From Podarcis erhardii (lineage: Eukaryota): 64,000 bases of DNA. The position numbers and the translations under genes are program-made. Positions 50,257 to 62,862 of this stretch are shown here, piece by piece. The stretch lies in the NCBI GenBank assembly GCA_964252035.1, contig OZ176204.1; one strand, 5' to 3'. Under the pieces are notes generated by a model. That model searched no databases. It saw only the letters and a list, made by a program, of their open reading frames with translations, and was not told the DNA's origin. Position 1 is the first letter of the stretch, and the number at the start of each line of letters is the position of its first letter.

Positions 50257-50938
50257 GGACAAGACACACGCACAGAGAGAGAGCAAATACCAAGAGCAAA
50301 TGAGAGGAGGCTTGAAAGCAGCAATACTGATACAAAAGAAAGGAAATTGCCAAAGGACACCAGCTAATAAAGGGGGAGGGAAAATATTTCAGGAAAGGAC
50401 CATGTCTGCATGTGCGTTCTGTGCTGTGTCTCTTGCTTTCCTTCCCAGCAATAACAAAATAGTTCTGCTTCTGTTCTTAATCTTGTTTTCGCCCTCTCCA
50501 CTCCTATGCGCACATTCATTTTGGGAAAGGCAGGCTTTGGCTGCCATGTTGAGCATGCCAGCTTGGCTCTGCAGAGCAGTGGCCTTGCTTGGGTGCATAT
50601 TGATTGCCTCCTGGAGGCTGAGGCAAGATGACTGCTGGTAGCAGCATTATTCTCTCCCTGTTGCCTTCAGTCTCTTTTTAACAATCCAAGATAAATCACT
50701 CCTTGAGGACAACCCTTCACAGCCAAAGAGGCCCTTTTCCTTGCAAGGTATTTAAATAAAACTGGGACTGAGGCAGGCAGGTGAGGGATCATTTCAGTTT
50801 CCTTATGTAGGCTTGGGTGGTATTGGGCAAGAAGGAACCCAGTTAACGTGCTGCTTCACAGAGCTGAAAAGAGTTGATTGTTCTTCCAAATGATACTGGG
50901 TACCAACTTCCATCCATCCCAAACAGTCTGGCCAATAC

Positions 50939-51198
50939 AGTGGAACCTCGGGTTGCGAACATGATCCATGTGGGAGGCACGTTCGCAACCCGCAGCATTC
51001 GTAACCTGCAGCACCATGTATGCGTATGTGTGGGTTGCGATTCGGTGTTTCTGCGCATGCGCAAAGCGCAATTTAGCACTTCTGCACATGCACAAGTGCC
51101 GAAACCCAGAAGTAACCAGTTCCAGTACTTCCAGGTTCGGCGCAGTGCGCAACCCGAAAATGCGTAACCTGAAACATCTGTAACCAGAGGTACCACTG
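50939..51198. mobile_element. Tc1/mariner-type MITE (divergent subfamily), ~100 nt from exon ~21
   Basis: ta|cagtggaacctcgggttgcg ... gaggtaccactg|ta. Confidence 0.85.
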
Positions 51199-51300
51199 TA
51201 GTCAGGGATGATGGGCGCTGCAGCCCAGCAATGTGACCATGATTTTAAAACAACAACAGAACACACATCACGGCAGGGGAAATGAATAATTTCAACTCAC

Positions 51301-51413
51301 AGTGGCAATGCCTGTTTTCTGGTTGTGACCCACACCGCCATCTACTGCTCGCACAATGAGTATGTATTCAGATTTAGCTTCCCGGTCCAGCAGAGATGTC
51401 GTGGTGATTTCCC
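51301..51413 (-). CDS. CDH23: CDH23 exon ~21 (113 nt): (G)EITTTSLLDREAKSEYILIVRAVDGGVGHNQKTGIAT
   Basis: cttctgcag|GGGAAATC...GCCACT|gtgagt; contains LDRE. Confidence 0.96.
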
Positions 51414-52572
51414 CTGCAGAAGGCAAGAGAGGAACGGTGAAAGGAGAAGGGAGAGCTCGTAGGTCGAATGTTTGTGGTTCAGCAACATACAGGAGACAGG
51501 AAAGAGTTTTCTTTGTTATAGGTCACAGAGAAAAGCACCTAGGGACATAGGAAGAGCCCTGCGGGATCAGAAGAAAAGCCCGTCTGCTCCTGGTTGCACA
51601 GGGGCCAACCAGATACCTACAGGAAGGCTACACAAGCAGGACATGGAGGGTAATAGAACTCTACACACTTATGATTCCCATTATCAGACATTCAGAGGCC
51701 ATCCAACTTGGTCATCCCATGATTCTCCCCCCCTTTTTTTTGAAGGGGTTTCCTTCAAATGTATGCCTTTGGCAGAGCTTTAGTGATACCTGGAAACTGG
51801 ACCTCTACCTCCTACTTTAATTATCTGATTTACTTCTTCTTTAATTATCTGATGCTGCAGGACTTTCCTCTAATTGGGCTTTCATTTACAGCCATTTTGC
51901 TGAAATGGACCAAAAATGTCTGCGCTAAACCAGATGGGATAATCTATTCGCCAGCCCTTCCACAGTTCCGGCACCCCACCCCTAGAGTTCAGCTTCTACA
52001 ATTGTGCATTTCAGTTCTCTTCGATTGTAGGGTGCTTCTCACAGCAGATATATCAGAGATGGGGTTAAAAACTAATCTAGATTACAGAACTGCAAGAGGT
52101 CAAAGGTTTTACTAAAATACATTTGCCTCCCAAGTCCCTGTGATATCCATTAATCTGTAGACTGGGGGAAAAAATTAATCAGTGGGGGATTTTTTAAATA
52201 AAAAAATAGTGTGTCTTAGTGATGGATTGCTCTACTTTGCCCACAAAGTTACATCCAATTAGGCACACCTTCACAGAGCAGTTTCAGCTAATTTCAGTGA
52301 GGATACTTCTACAGAAAAGTTCTTCTGTTCCTAAACCACAGAACTGAAATATAACGTTTCTTCATTTCTCCTCCCTTCTGAATGCATCTATCTCCCTACA
52401 GAATATTTCAACAAGGAGGGTCATCATGGCTGAACTTGCTCTCGTAACAAAAACCTTGCTAAGCTTTTTTCCAAATTACTTGGAAATTAGGAAAATGTGA
52501 CCTATGATGAACTTTGTGTACTTGGGCTAAAACATCGCTATCCAGCGATCTAGAATGGAAATAGCAAAAGTA

Positions 52573-52573
<1 letters not shown>

Positions 52574-52620
<47 letters not shown>

Positions 52621-52621
52621 T
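52574..52621. repeat. (AAT)n microsatellite
   Basis: Direct reading. Confidence 0.95.
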
Positions 52622-52899
52622 CCTGTCTCATCAAGGGATGTTTTGAGGCAGGGATGATAAAATGATAAGCAAACACAATATCAATATTCAGTCTGAATAA
52701 CTCTACATGAACATGTTTGTTTTAAAACAAACAAACAAACAAACAACATTAAGTATTGTATCTCTAAAACCCCAGCAGATTAAAACTTCAGAATGTGTTA
52801 CTTTATCTTGCACCTAAAACTTATATGGTGCCCCCTCCGAAAAGGCCCAGAACCTGCTTTACCACTGAAGATAGGAGAACCTGTAGTGGCTGCCCTTCT

Positions 52900-53095
52900 C
52901 CCTCCTAGAGGAAAAGCCTGCAAGCGCAGCACACACGCTCCACGTGGCTCGTGAAAGGGAGTGCTGAGCAGAGCCTGGGAGGCATACAGGCTCTGCTCAG
53001 CGCTCCCTTTAAAGTATATTTTCCCCCTTGCATTCCCCCTCTAAAAACTAGGTGCATCTTATGGTCAGGTGTGTCTTATGGACCGAAAAATACAG
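52900..53095. mobile_element. Truncated CCGTATTTTT-family MITE with internal 24-bp hairpin
   Basis: Right end ctctaaaaactaggtg...gaccgaaaaatacag matches 55130-55187; hairpin 52954-52977/52987-53010. Confidence 0.6.
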
Positions 53096-53852
53096 TGCTT
53101 TGAGTGGAAGTAGCATCTCAAAGTTCTGCACTGTATTTGTGGTAAGAGAAATTGGGGGAAACACGTTGCAATTCTCCAGGGGAGAATAAATTCTCCAAAA
53201 GTTTCACCATCAGCAGTGGCAATAGCACAGCTCTTTTCTTTCCCCCCTACAAGTCTCAGCATCAAGTGTCTTGGCAGTCTGGTCTTCATTTTACATCCTC
53301 CACAGGGCCCTGGACCAGGGGCCGTTCCTTGGCATTGTGGGTGGAGGAATGACAAAAAATGATGGGGAATAGTTTGAGAATTTCTTTTTCTTTTTCTAGG
53401 TGAATGAATAAGAGAAGAATCTAAAAATCCCTCTCTCTGAAGAAAAAAAATCCGAAAAACCCCCACCATCCCTAATTAGAATCTTTTAAATTTTCAGTAT
53501 GAAAACTAGGGAGACCCTGAGAACAGCACTGATGAGACTGCCTTATCCTGGTGTAGTTTTCCACACCTTAAGGCAATCTGCCTTGATTTGTAGAGTATGT
53601 GTAGATTTGGGTTATGGGAAATTTGCTCACCCACCTTGAAGAATGTCACAAAAATAGCCTTATGATTACACTGTATGGGAATTATAATGTGCTGAAGAGT
53701 CATTATTTTGACACTCAAAAGACTTAGTTTGTTTCTTTTGTGGCTGGGCAGCATGGCAAAAATGAGGGAGAGTAGAAGAGAATAAAGATAACAATTGCAA
53801 AGACATGATGGACTGAGCATGGAAGGAAAAAGAATATTGTGGTTGTGCTTAC

Positions 53853-53969
53853 CTGAGCGAGCATTGATTCGAAAATGAGAAGACCCTTCCACTGAGTAGA
53901 TAATGGACTCCTGGCCATATTCTCTTGACCGATCCAAATCAGTGGCGTTTAGAAACAGCACTGTTGCTC
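53853..53969 (-). CDS. CDH23: CDH23 exon ~20 (117 nt): (G)ATVLFLNATDLDRSREYGQESIIYSVEGSSHFRINARS(G)
   Basis: ttttctccaag|GAGCAACA...CGCTCAG|gtaagc; lies within ORF 53506..54021. Confidence 0.97.
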
Positions 53970-54484
53970 CTTGGAGAAAAATAATAAGGTGATGGGGATT
54001 CTCATTTTTCAGGCACACCACTCGCTTGATTCATCAGCCAAATTAGACTAGTTTGAAATGAATCTGATTTAGGATTGAAGATGTCATTGGAACATAAGCC
54101 TAGTACAGACAAGTAACCAAGTGGTTAAGACTTTCTACCATTACTTTGCTTCTGTATTCATTGAAACATTGTGTGGTCCCCCACCTTAATGTAATCTAAT
54201 GTGTGCTAAAGAGTAAGTGAAAGTGCTTATTAAGTAGTAAGGATATTCCACATTTGCCACTTACTAAATTCATCCTATCACTCTATGGCAGGTGACACTG
54301 AATGGGAATAATATTACCTGCAGTGACCGTACCAGAATATATGCTGAGAGGGGCACAGAAGGGCAAAGTGAATTTCAGAGGGGGGTGGGGTCGTACTGTG
54401 GAAAACGTTAGATTTCTAGGAGGGAAATAATAATGGCAGATTTTGTTTTAATGTTCTCATTTGAAACATATTGGTCCTGAAATA

Positions 54485-55187
54485 CCGTACTTTTCGCACC
54501 ATAGGACACACTTTTTCCGTCTTAAAAACTAAGGGGAAAAGTCTGTGCATCCTATGGAGCGAATGCAGGGGGGAGGCAGGCAGGAAAAGCCCCCAAGAGC
54601 CCCACACAAGCTTCGCGCTCTTGCAGGCTTTTCCCCAGCAAGGAGAAGGGACTGACACCGCCAGTCAGTCCCTTCTCCCTCCTCTAGAAAAGCCTTGCGC
54701 AACCTCTCCAGCTGGGGGGAGGCTGCGCAAGGCTAAAGAGGAAGCCAGGGCAGCGAGCGCGATCCATCCCATTCGCTGCCCTGGCTTCCTCTTTAGCCTT
54801 CTGCGCCCTCCGGGGGGGGGGGGAGGCTGCAAAAGGCTAAAGAGGAAGCCAGGGCAGCAAGCGTGATCCATGCCGCTCGCTGCCCTGGCTTCCTCTTTAG
54901 CCTTGCGCGCCCCTCCGGCTGTGCTGGAGAGGTTTAGCTCTTGGCTGGAGAGGTTGCGCGGCTATGGATCCCGCTCGCTGTCTTGGCTTCTTTGCTCTTT
55001 GGGGCTGGGGGGGGGGGAACCTGGGCTTCCCCCGCAGCCCCGAGAAGCTCTGGGAGAAGCGGACAGGCTGCGCACAGCATGTCCGTTGCTCTTTGGGGCT
55101 GGGGAATAATTTCCCCCCCTTGGTTTTCCCCTCTAAAAACTAGGTGTGTCCTGTGGTCCGGTGCATCCAATAGAGCGAAAAATACAG
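54485..55187. mobile_element. Long (~700 bp) CCGTA-TIR MITE with tandem internal hairpins
   Basis: ta|ccgtacttttcgc ... gcgaaaaatacag|ta; GC-rich interior. Confidence 0.85.
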
Positions 55188-55585
55188 TAAGTCCTATTGG
55201 TTTTGCTGGAGCTGACTTTCAAGTAAACAAGCTTAGGTTTGCAGCCTTATTTTAATTTCCGGTTCAAGATTTGTACATGAAAAGTGATTTTCATTCAAGT
55301 AGCCAAGGAATGCAGCAAGCAGAGAGACAGGTAGGGCACATGGCTCCCAGAAAGATAGAATTTTATGGCTTGAGCTGTATTCTAAGGAACAGCTTGACTT
55401 GGTGTGAACATAGCACTAAATGATGATCTAGTTTATGGTGTGGTTACAAAGAGGAGATTGGAAGTTTCCACTTGTTTTCAACGAACCGTGTTTGCTGTTA
55501 TGTCAGGGCTCAGAACTATGATTAGTCTTAACTATTGCTTAGAGAAACAAGGCAGTGTCAGAAATGACAGGAGCAGCTCACAAAC

Positions 55586-55658
55586 CTGCCATAATATCCT
55601 CCATGACTGTGATGACATAGGAAGGCTTGCTGAACGTGGGTGGGTTGTCATTTTCATC
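55586..55658 (-). CDS. CDH23: CDH23 exon ~19 (73 nt): DENDNPPTFSKPSYVITVMEDIMA(G)
   Basis: ttatctttgtag|GATGAAAAT...ATGGCAG|gtttgt. Not in the ORF track; read manually from the minus strand. Confidence 0.93.
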
Positions 55659-55997
55659 CTACAAAGATAAAAGAGAAAAAACAGCACACAACATAAACAT
55701 CTAACCTAGCAGCAATAATGTTATGATGAAGCATGATGCAAAACACCTCAAAACACAGAGCAGTCTCATATATTGGAAGGAAAAAAGCGACACATTTAGT
55801 TTTTAACTACTGTTTCGTTCAGCACCCCATTTTATTTTGTTAATATAATACAAGCTTTGACACAATATGAACACTGAGCCACCAGAACAAAACATGGAAT
55901 GAACATTGAGGAAACAATTCTGCATTTCAAGCTGCAATAACAGATGACCCTCTACACCTGTTTCCAAAGTCACGGGGAGATAGGGAATCTGTCTTGA

Positions 55998-56678
55998 AGA
56001 TTGAGCTATCGGAATAAAGTTGAGTTCCGACTAAACATCAGGAAGAACTTTCTTATGAAATTAATAATAATAATAACAATAATAACAATAATAACAATAA
56101 TAATAATTTTTTATTTATACCCCGCCCATCTAGCTGAGTTTCCCCAGCCACTCTGGGCGGCTTCCAATCGAGTGTTAAAAAGAACACAGCATTAACTATT
56201 TAAAACTTCCCTAAACAGGGCTGCCTTCAGATGTCTTTTAAAGATAAGATAGCTGCTTATTTCCTTCATATCTGAAGGGAGGGCGTTGCACAGGGCAGAC
56301 GCCACTACCGAGAAGGCCCTCTGTCTGGTTCCCTGTAACCTCACTTCTCGCAATGAGGGAACCACCAGAAGGCCCTTGGCGCTGGATCTCATGGGGGTGG
56401 AGATGCTCCTTCAGGTATACAGGACCGAGGCCATTTAGGGCTTTAAAGGTCAACACCAACACTTTGAATTGTGCTCGGAAATGTACTAATGAACTGTTGA
56501 CAGTGGAATAGACTCCCTCAGAAGGTGGTGGACTCTCCTTCCTGGAGGTTTTTAAGCAGAAGTTGAATGGCCATTTGACATGGATACTTTAGTTGAGATT
56601 CCTCCATTGCAGCAGGTTGAACAATTAGCTAACCCTCCGGGCCTCTTCCAACTGTACAATTCTATGATTCTATGATTC
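55998..56678 (+). mobile_element. CR1 3' end, split by an L2-type insertion; tail (ttctatga)n
   Basis: ccgactaaacatcaggaagaactttct ... ctgttgacagtggaatagactccctcagaaggtggtggactctcc ... tctatgattctatgattc. Confidence 0.8.
56060..56487 (-). mobile_element. L2-type LINE 3' end (same family as 15790-16198)
   Basis: Minus-strand LVLTFKALNGLGPVYLK...HLKAALFREV and a (TAT/TGT)n tail. Confidence 0.85.
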
Positions 56679-57086
56679 TGTCATGGGACTGCCAAGGAAC
56701 GCCTTTGAGCTGGGGGGAGGAGATGAGTCAGAACGGGAACAGTCAGAAGGTGACGGTCAAGAAATGACGGAAGGGGGAGAGGGGGAGAGAGCTGGAGGGA
56801 GCCAGGAGGTGTCAAGGCTCTCCAATGCTGAAGCAGCACCGCACAGGGAGCTCAGGGACAGACGGAGAGCCTATTCCTGTGCAAGGATCAGAGACGTCCC
56901 ATGAGGCTTGCCTGCCTCTTCTGTTGGAGGAGAAGCAGGAGAAGACCACTCCCCAAATATGAACCAGACGATTCAGATGCATAAGTTGTACTGTGCTGCT
57001 TGTACATATGTAAAATAAAGAACTGTAAATATCTCTCTGAGTGAGCAGAGGGTGCTTATTGCGAAGAGCATACACAAACCTTTACA
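56679..57086 (+). mobile_element. Solo LTR (408 bp)
   Basis: TGTCA...TTACA ends, perfect 5-bp TSD gattc (56674-56678, 57087-57091), AATAAA at 57014. Confidence 0.85.
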
Positions 57087-57980
57087 GATTCTATGTTATC
57101 CGCATTCAGAACATTATTCTATTTTTATAGTTCAGACTCCATCTTGATACCCACACCTGTTTCAAGAGCACAACAAAATATGTAATAGTAGAAGCCAATA
57201 CTTCAGAAATCCCATTGTCAATAGTGCCTTAAAGCTTGAAGAGATAAAAAGTAATAGACTGGCCTCTAGCTAACGTCGCAGTACAGAAAGTTAGGCATTT
57301 AACAACATTGCCGATTGTAGCTTGTATATGCTGGGTTCTCTCACAATGGACGCACAGGCTGGAGGAGCAATATTTCTACACTCCACAAAAAAAAAGAGAG
57401 TTTCCACTGCACACACATTGCTTCAAATGAAGAACATCTGCACATAAGCCTGACAATGTGTGAAAACATCCTTAGAACGCATTGTGACTGTATCTGGACT
57501 GGATACACTGTAGGGAGACAAAGGCACCATGCTTTCATCATTCTAGGCTCGACTTAGAGATTTGTGTACTTTCTATCTTTGATGTTTCATTCTTTTCTTT
57601 TCTTCTTGTCACAAAAGTGACAAGGCGACCAGGAGAAACAGTGAAAGGGAATGTATAGAATTCACTGGCAAAAAATGTGGTCATTAAATAAAAATGTTTC
57701 CATTCAGCATAGCATTTGTGGGGATTAATTTTTCTGACAGTAGGCATAAAACCTTTCAGAAACAAAAGTTTGCAGTGGCAAAATGTTGACAATTAGATGG
57801 TTTAATTAAATATTTAATTTCGCCAAACCATGTCCCTCATTCTCCAGTAATCTGATCCACAATGGAGGGTATTTTTTCTTTTAAAAGGATATCCAGAAAG
57901 GAAACTTTCAGCGGAAAACTTCATACACGCCCTGTTAGGATGGGACTTTATTTTTACAGGATTCAAAACCAAATCCTTGG

Positions 57981-58493
57981 GACACAAGATCTACCCACCC
58001 TGGAAGAATGGCAGATGCAAGTAATGGAATATATGGAAATGGCGGAAATGACTGGCAGAATCCGAGACCAGGGAGAAGAGTTGGTGGAAGAAGATTGGAA
58101 GAAATTTAAAATTTACTTACAGAAATATTGTAAAATTTTTGAATGCTAATGGCATTGAAATGAATTGAAGGGGTTCTAGCAACGAGGTTAAAAATAAGAT
58201 TGGCTGGATAATTTAGATAAATTAATTGGATATGAATTTGCTGAATTAATTTTTAACAGGGATACAAAAAAGGGAGATGTGAGGAAGTCAAGAAAATAAG
58301 TGAATCAAAGATGAGAAGTAAAAAGAGGGACTTTTGTGTTTTCTTCTCTTTAAATGTGTTTTTTCTTTTCTTTTTTGAAACTATTTTTCTTTCTTATGTA
58401 TTTTATAACTTTGTATTTTTATGTATTTGTTTTTATTTTCTTGTTTGTTGTTATTTTTAAAACTTAATAAAAAAATATTTTAAAAAAACAAAA
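57981..58493 (+). mobile_element. 5'-truncated L1 (ORF2 C-terminus + 3' UTR)
   Basis: DLPTLEEWQMQVMEYMEMAEMT...EDWKKFKIYLQKY*, T-rich UTR, AATAAA at 58466, A-rich tail, 17-bp TSD with 1 mismatch (57964-57980, 58494-58510). Confidence 0.8.
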
Positions 58494-58632
58494 CAAAACC
58501 AGATCCTTGGATCACTGTGTAACATAAAGTGTTCGGGCTGAATTAGTCTCCTGCCTTGCATGCTCTCCCAATTTATCACTAGCTTTGCTATTTGCTTCCC
58601 TCACCCCTTCTTAGTTTAGTTAAGCTTGTATA

Positions 58633-58635
<3 letters not shown>

Positions 58636-58668
<33 letters not shown>
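58636..58668. repeat. (GT)n microsatellite
   Basis: Direct reading. Confidence 0.95.
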
Positions 58669-58671
<3 letters not shown>

Positions 58672-60293
58672 TTTCCTACCCATTAAAATTTTACTTTCCA
58701 GCATGTATTTTTTTCCAGAGGGACCAAAGAAACCTGATTTCCCAATTGTGGCTCTGCAATCAAATTAACATTATTAGAGAAAGAAAAACAGTTCTAGGGA
58801 GGACTTAAAATACTGTAATGAAATATCAAATCATTCCTAGTTTCTAGCTAGTCAGCTATTATTCAAAATATTAAATGACTGAATTTTTTACTAGTAATTT
58901 CGCCCCCCCACCTTATAATCAGTTATCTGAGGTGAAGAATACATGTATTTTAAATATTCCAAAATGTAAAGCTTAATAAAAATATAATATCTTCTGTTTT
59001 TAAGAGAAAGACTGTAATCTTTATTAATATAAAGATACTTTACTTTTCAATTCATCTCAAACCAATATATACAATTTGCATAATATTTTAAAAAAATTAT
59101 ATACGAAGACAAATAAATCAGCTTTATATTTAAGCATAGACTTTCTGAATGTTACTCAAGAAAAAGGCCTAGTCTAAAAGAGAAGAGATAACTGAAGCTA
59201 TAACTGAAGAAGAATAAAAAATTGCCACATTTTTATATAGAGGGAACTGCTACCCTAGCCCTTAAACTTTGACTGATGTATTTGCTATTAAAGTTGATAT
59301 TTTATGTAATTTCACATGCCAGTGATGCCCATCATACTATAATTAAATTGCAATCCTCTGCTATTTTTGTCTTGGAGCAGGTGGTCTTTAATCAGGCTTT
59401 TCATCACTCATGATTTCTGTAATGCCCAATACTGTGCATTGTTCTCCCTACACTATAAAATAGATCCATCATGGATAGCTCCAACTGCATGGAGCTTCAC
59501 CTTTTTCTGCACATCCTTGGAGGAGGAAGAGAGTAACACCTAAAATCCATCTAAGTAAGGATGCTAAATCCCCACTTGGAATACATTTCTACGACCATAT
59601 CTAAGCAAAGTGTATATGAGAAATTCTAGTCTTGCTTACTGGAGAATAAGGCGATTTGGTAGCGGCCTTCTCTGCTGCGAGAAGATGGGTGTGTGTGTGA
59701 ATGTATTCATTTGAATACTTCACTCTCAAAAGCAGGGAGAGCCATTCAATAGCTGTAGCCATAGCTGAAAACTACAAAAGCCCTTAGGTGCGTGCTGAAG
59801 CATTTTAAGCATATAAGGAGGTTACTGAGATACCAGCTTGAGTATGTAACCAAAATGAAAGAATATCTACTGGTTGCTGGAGAGAAAGGGCGTACTAAGT
59901 ACTGCTGGGACAGAGAGGAAATGCCCTGTATTTTCTTCCTTTTATCAAGTGGACAAGCAACCAACCTTTAATTAAAAACAAAACAACAACAACCTGCTTT
60001 AAGTGTGTCTGTGGAGACTTTTTCATTATTAATTTCAGGTACCTGCAACACAGTTACACCAAAATGTATACATGTCTCTTTCAGAATCAGCAACCCTAGT
60101 CATGCTTTATGGGTGTCAGTTTTAGCTCTGCTATAATACCTACAAAACTGAAATTATCATGGTAGTGCTAGGGCCACAAAAAGGACCCATTTCATTGTAG
60201 AAAGGAATGGCCCTGTAATATCTGCAGCTGTGGGCAATGAGGTCTTTGAAATATCACCTTCAAGCCACTTGTTGGAATCTGTCAATAATGAAG

Positions 60294-60313
60294 TGCACCG
60301 CTAGGGGGCGAAG
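60294..60313 (+). promoter_or_regulatory. Candidate CTCF site
   Basis: tgcaCCGCTAGGGGGCGAag matches the CTCF core consensus closely, in unique sequence with retained CpGs. Confidence 0.45.
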
Positions 60314-62862
60314 TCAAACCACTAGGGAATCACAGCGCCTGCTGTGGCTGCAGAGACCGGAAAGTCGTAACTGCTGCCGCCCACATTGTTTTTGCGGCAT
60401 TAGCAGTACTGAAGTGACTTCTCTGGGGTGCAGTCCTAGTGCTGTGTGTATGGAGGTCCTAGGCTGCCCAGACGACAAGACAACTTTAGCTTCACTGATG
60501 AAGCCCAAAGGAAAGCAGAGCAATATGTTTAGCACCAGCTGGACTGCAGGAGTTGTCAGAAGAAGGCCTACAAGGTGCCATCCAAGCTACTAGAAAGCTA
60601 CATTTTCCTATAAAACCCTTTTAAGTCTCTGCAAGCTATTCCAGAGCCCTTGTGCACAAACAACACTGGATATAGTTTCATAGATAGCACTGTGTTGGTG
60701 AGAGACAAAGTACTTCAGCCTTTGAACATACAGAGAAGTAGAACTGAGACCTTAACATTTGGTGTAAGGATTCCAAGGGGGTGGATTTCCAGCAAGCATT
60801 CAGTCCTCTCTCTCTTATTAATCTATGCCACCAGACAGGAAATTCTAGCAGTGGCTCTGGGATGAAGAAGTTTGTAAATCAACAGTGTCCAACACAAATG
60901 AATATGTCTCCTTTATGATATACTTAAGCGTAGTTAAAGTTATTGGCTCAGTGAACAAAATGGCACCTAGAATGTCAGCAAATGAGAGCTGGAGAGAAAC
61001 TTATTAGTGGTGGTATTTCCAAGGATGCTGGTATCATGCTTAATATTAGTTCTAATTCAGTAACTCCCTCTATGAAAGCTTATTGTCCCCTAATGGAAAA
61101 TCTACAACACGAGTTTCATTTCTTTATTAAAAATCAACAAGCTAAGGCTGAAAAAATGGACCATCTTAGACAGTCTCTCTCTCTCACACACATGCAATCA
61201 TACTTGCTCCTTCATTTCAGCTCCTTAAGTACCACTGTGAGACAATTCATCACCATCATCATATTCCACCCCCACCCCCTTCCAGTTGAAAGAGAAAATT
61301 CCTTTTGGTCAAAAGTGCAGAATGTGACAGCTACTTAAAAATCACCCATGTACAAAATCAACTAGAAGGAAATGACCTTTTCAAGTGTGGTCTTTAGACA
61401 GATGGGATTACACCGTCCAAAGAGCAGCTATGGGAAGGAGGTATTTAGCCTCAATTAAACCCCTTTGCTGCTTCTTTCTTACTCCCCCCTCCAATCTTAT
61501 GTCAGGGACGAGAGAGAAAGTCAGACAAATCTTGTAGCAACAATGATCTTCACCAACTCTTTGGTCAATAAATTGCTGCCACTTGGAAGTCAGATCTTAT
61601 TAGGATGCAGCTAAGATTGAAAGGTTATCAAGAGAGCAAACTCCACTGCCGATACTTTATTTTGAGCTTGAGTTTTCTTGAATCAAAATACTTGTTGTGC
61701 TTTGACAATCTGGTTTAATCCTGTGGAGTAACAGTAACACAACTCTGCTACCAATAAATATATATTTGTGTACATCACCATCCCTGATAAGAATGTTTGC
61801 ATCAGGATTCAGGACAACAGCAGCTGAGGACAGCTAGCATTTGAAAAATAAACAGCTGGCTGTGATTGATTGAATGACTGATAATTTCAATCACTTCAAG
61901 GGCTAATGTGCATTTGATATTCATGTCAGAATCAGAGCGGCTTGGTTTCAGGCACCTTTAGATCTCTGGTGGTGGGGAGGGACGGAAACCAGAGAATTTG
62001 CTCATTTAATCCTCTCGAACTTCACGTAGAGGGAAATGAAGTCGTTCTGCTGTCAGACACCCAGTGTGTTTCCCCTCTTCCTTCTCTTTGCACATGCTCC
62101 CAGCTTGTGAAGGACTTGCTGGCAGGATTTTCTCTGAGCTTGGCTGTCAGTCCCAGTTGGAACACAAATGGAACAGTGCTCTTACAAACAAGGGTATCAC
62201 CACCACTTACTCTAACTCACTATCCAATGATTTAAGTTCCACAGTTAGTAGAACCACTGAGCAGTGTAGAATCTTAATCTTAATCTTTTCCACACACTGC
62301 TCCAAGGTACTACCAGCTTTACCAAAGAGGAAGGCAGGGCTGAGATTCCAAGAACTGTTTCTAAAGGCATGATACATTCTTAAATTTCAAAGCATGTGTG
62401 TGTGTGTGTGTGGAGGAGCTCCTACCCAGGGATTCCCTCAAAACAGTTGCTGAGGCTCCCTTACATGACTTTCACTTCTAAAACATCCTTTCGTGGACGT
62501 TTCGTCACGATGTCTGCAAAAGTATAACAAACCTTCTACTCCATTTTATCCGAAGTGCAATATTGTGCTGCAAATAGCTGCTGCTCTTTGTTTCTTTTGT
62601 TTGCATGTTGCTATATCTGAAAACTCAATAAACAAAACTTGCTTTAAAAAATATTTATGAAGTGAGGTAGGTGACAACATGAAAGAGGGCCTTCTCAGCG
62701 GTGGCACTGCCATTGAGAAATGGTCTTCACAAGGAGATGCGCTGGCACATATTCCATATTTTCAGCACTGGAAGTATTCTGCAAAAACCAGCGCTAGAAA
62801 TACCAGGAGACTGAGATGAATTTTGGTAATGTAGAGAAAGAACAGAGCCAGTGTTAGATATA

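Larger units (their letters stand above)
369..55658 (-). other. CDH23: Cadherin-23 gene, partial (18 coding exons, approx. EC7-EC14); gene continues beyond both window edges
   Basis: Minus-strand exons carry cadherin motifs (DxNDN, LDRE, DxD) and CDH23-specific strings (DLDRSREYGQESIIYS, EAELMRKIVVSVTD, LLNELDEAVQFSN, SIDNLNQITY). Phases are consistent across all junctions and the exons sum to 2502 nt (834 codons). Confidence 0.98.

Noticed and set aside
51335-51348. CTCF-like GCAGTAGATGGCGG on the minus strand
   Set aside because: Lies inside exon ~21 and is explained by codons for AVDGG.
49699-53560. CTGATGA motifs (49699, 53529) suggesting hammerhead ribozymes
   Set aside because: No correctly placed GAAA after a stem II.
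54416-55255. Several overlapping GC-rich ORFs on both strands
   Set aside because: All lie within a MITE with hairpin repeats; no protein homology recognised.
57810-57960. Possible inverted L1 segment (twin priming) beside the L1
   Set aside because: Lies outside the TSD and the resemblance is too weak to support.
60237-61338. 118-aa ORFs (60237..60593, 60982..61338)
   Set aside because: No recognisable domain, splice context or codon signal; expected by chance.
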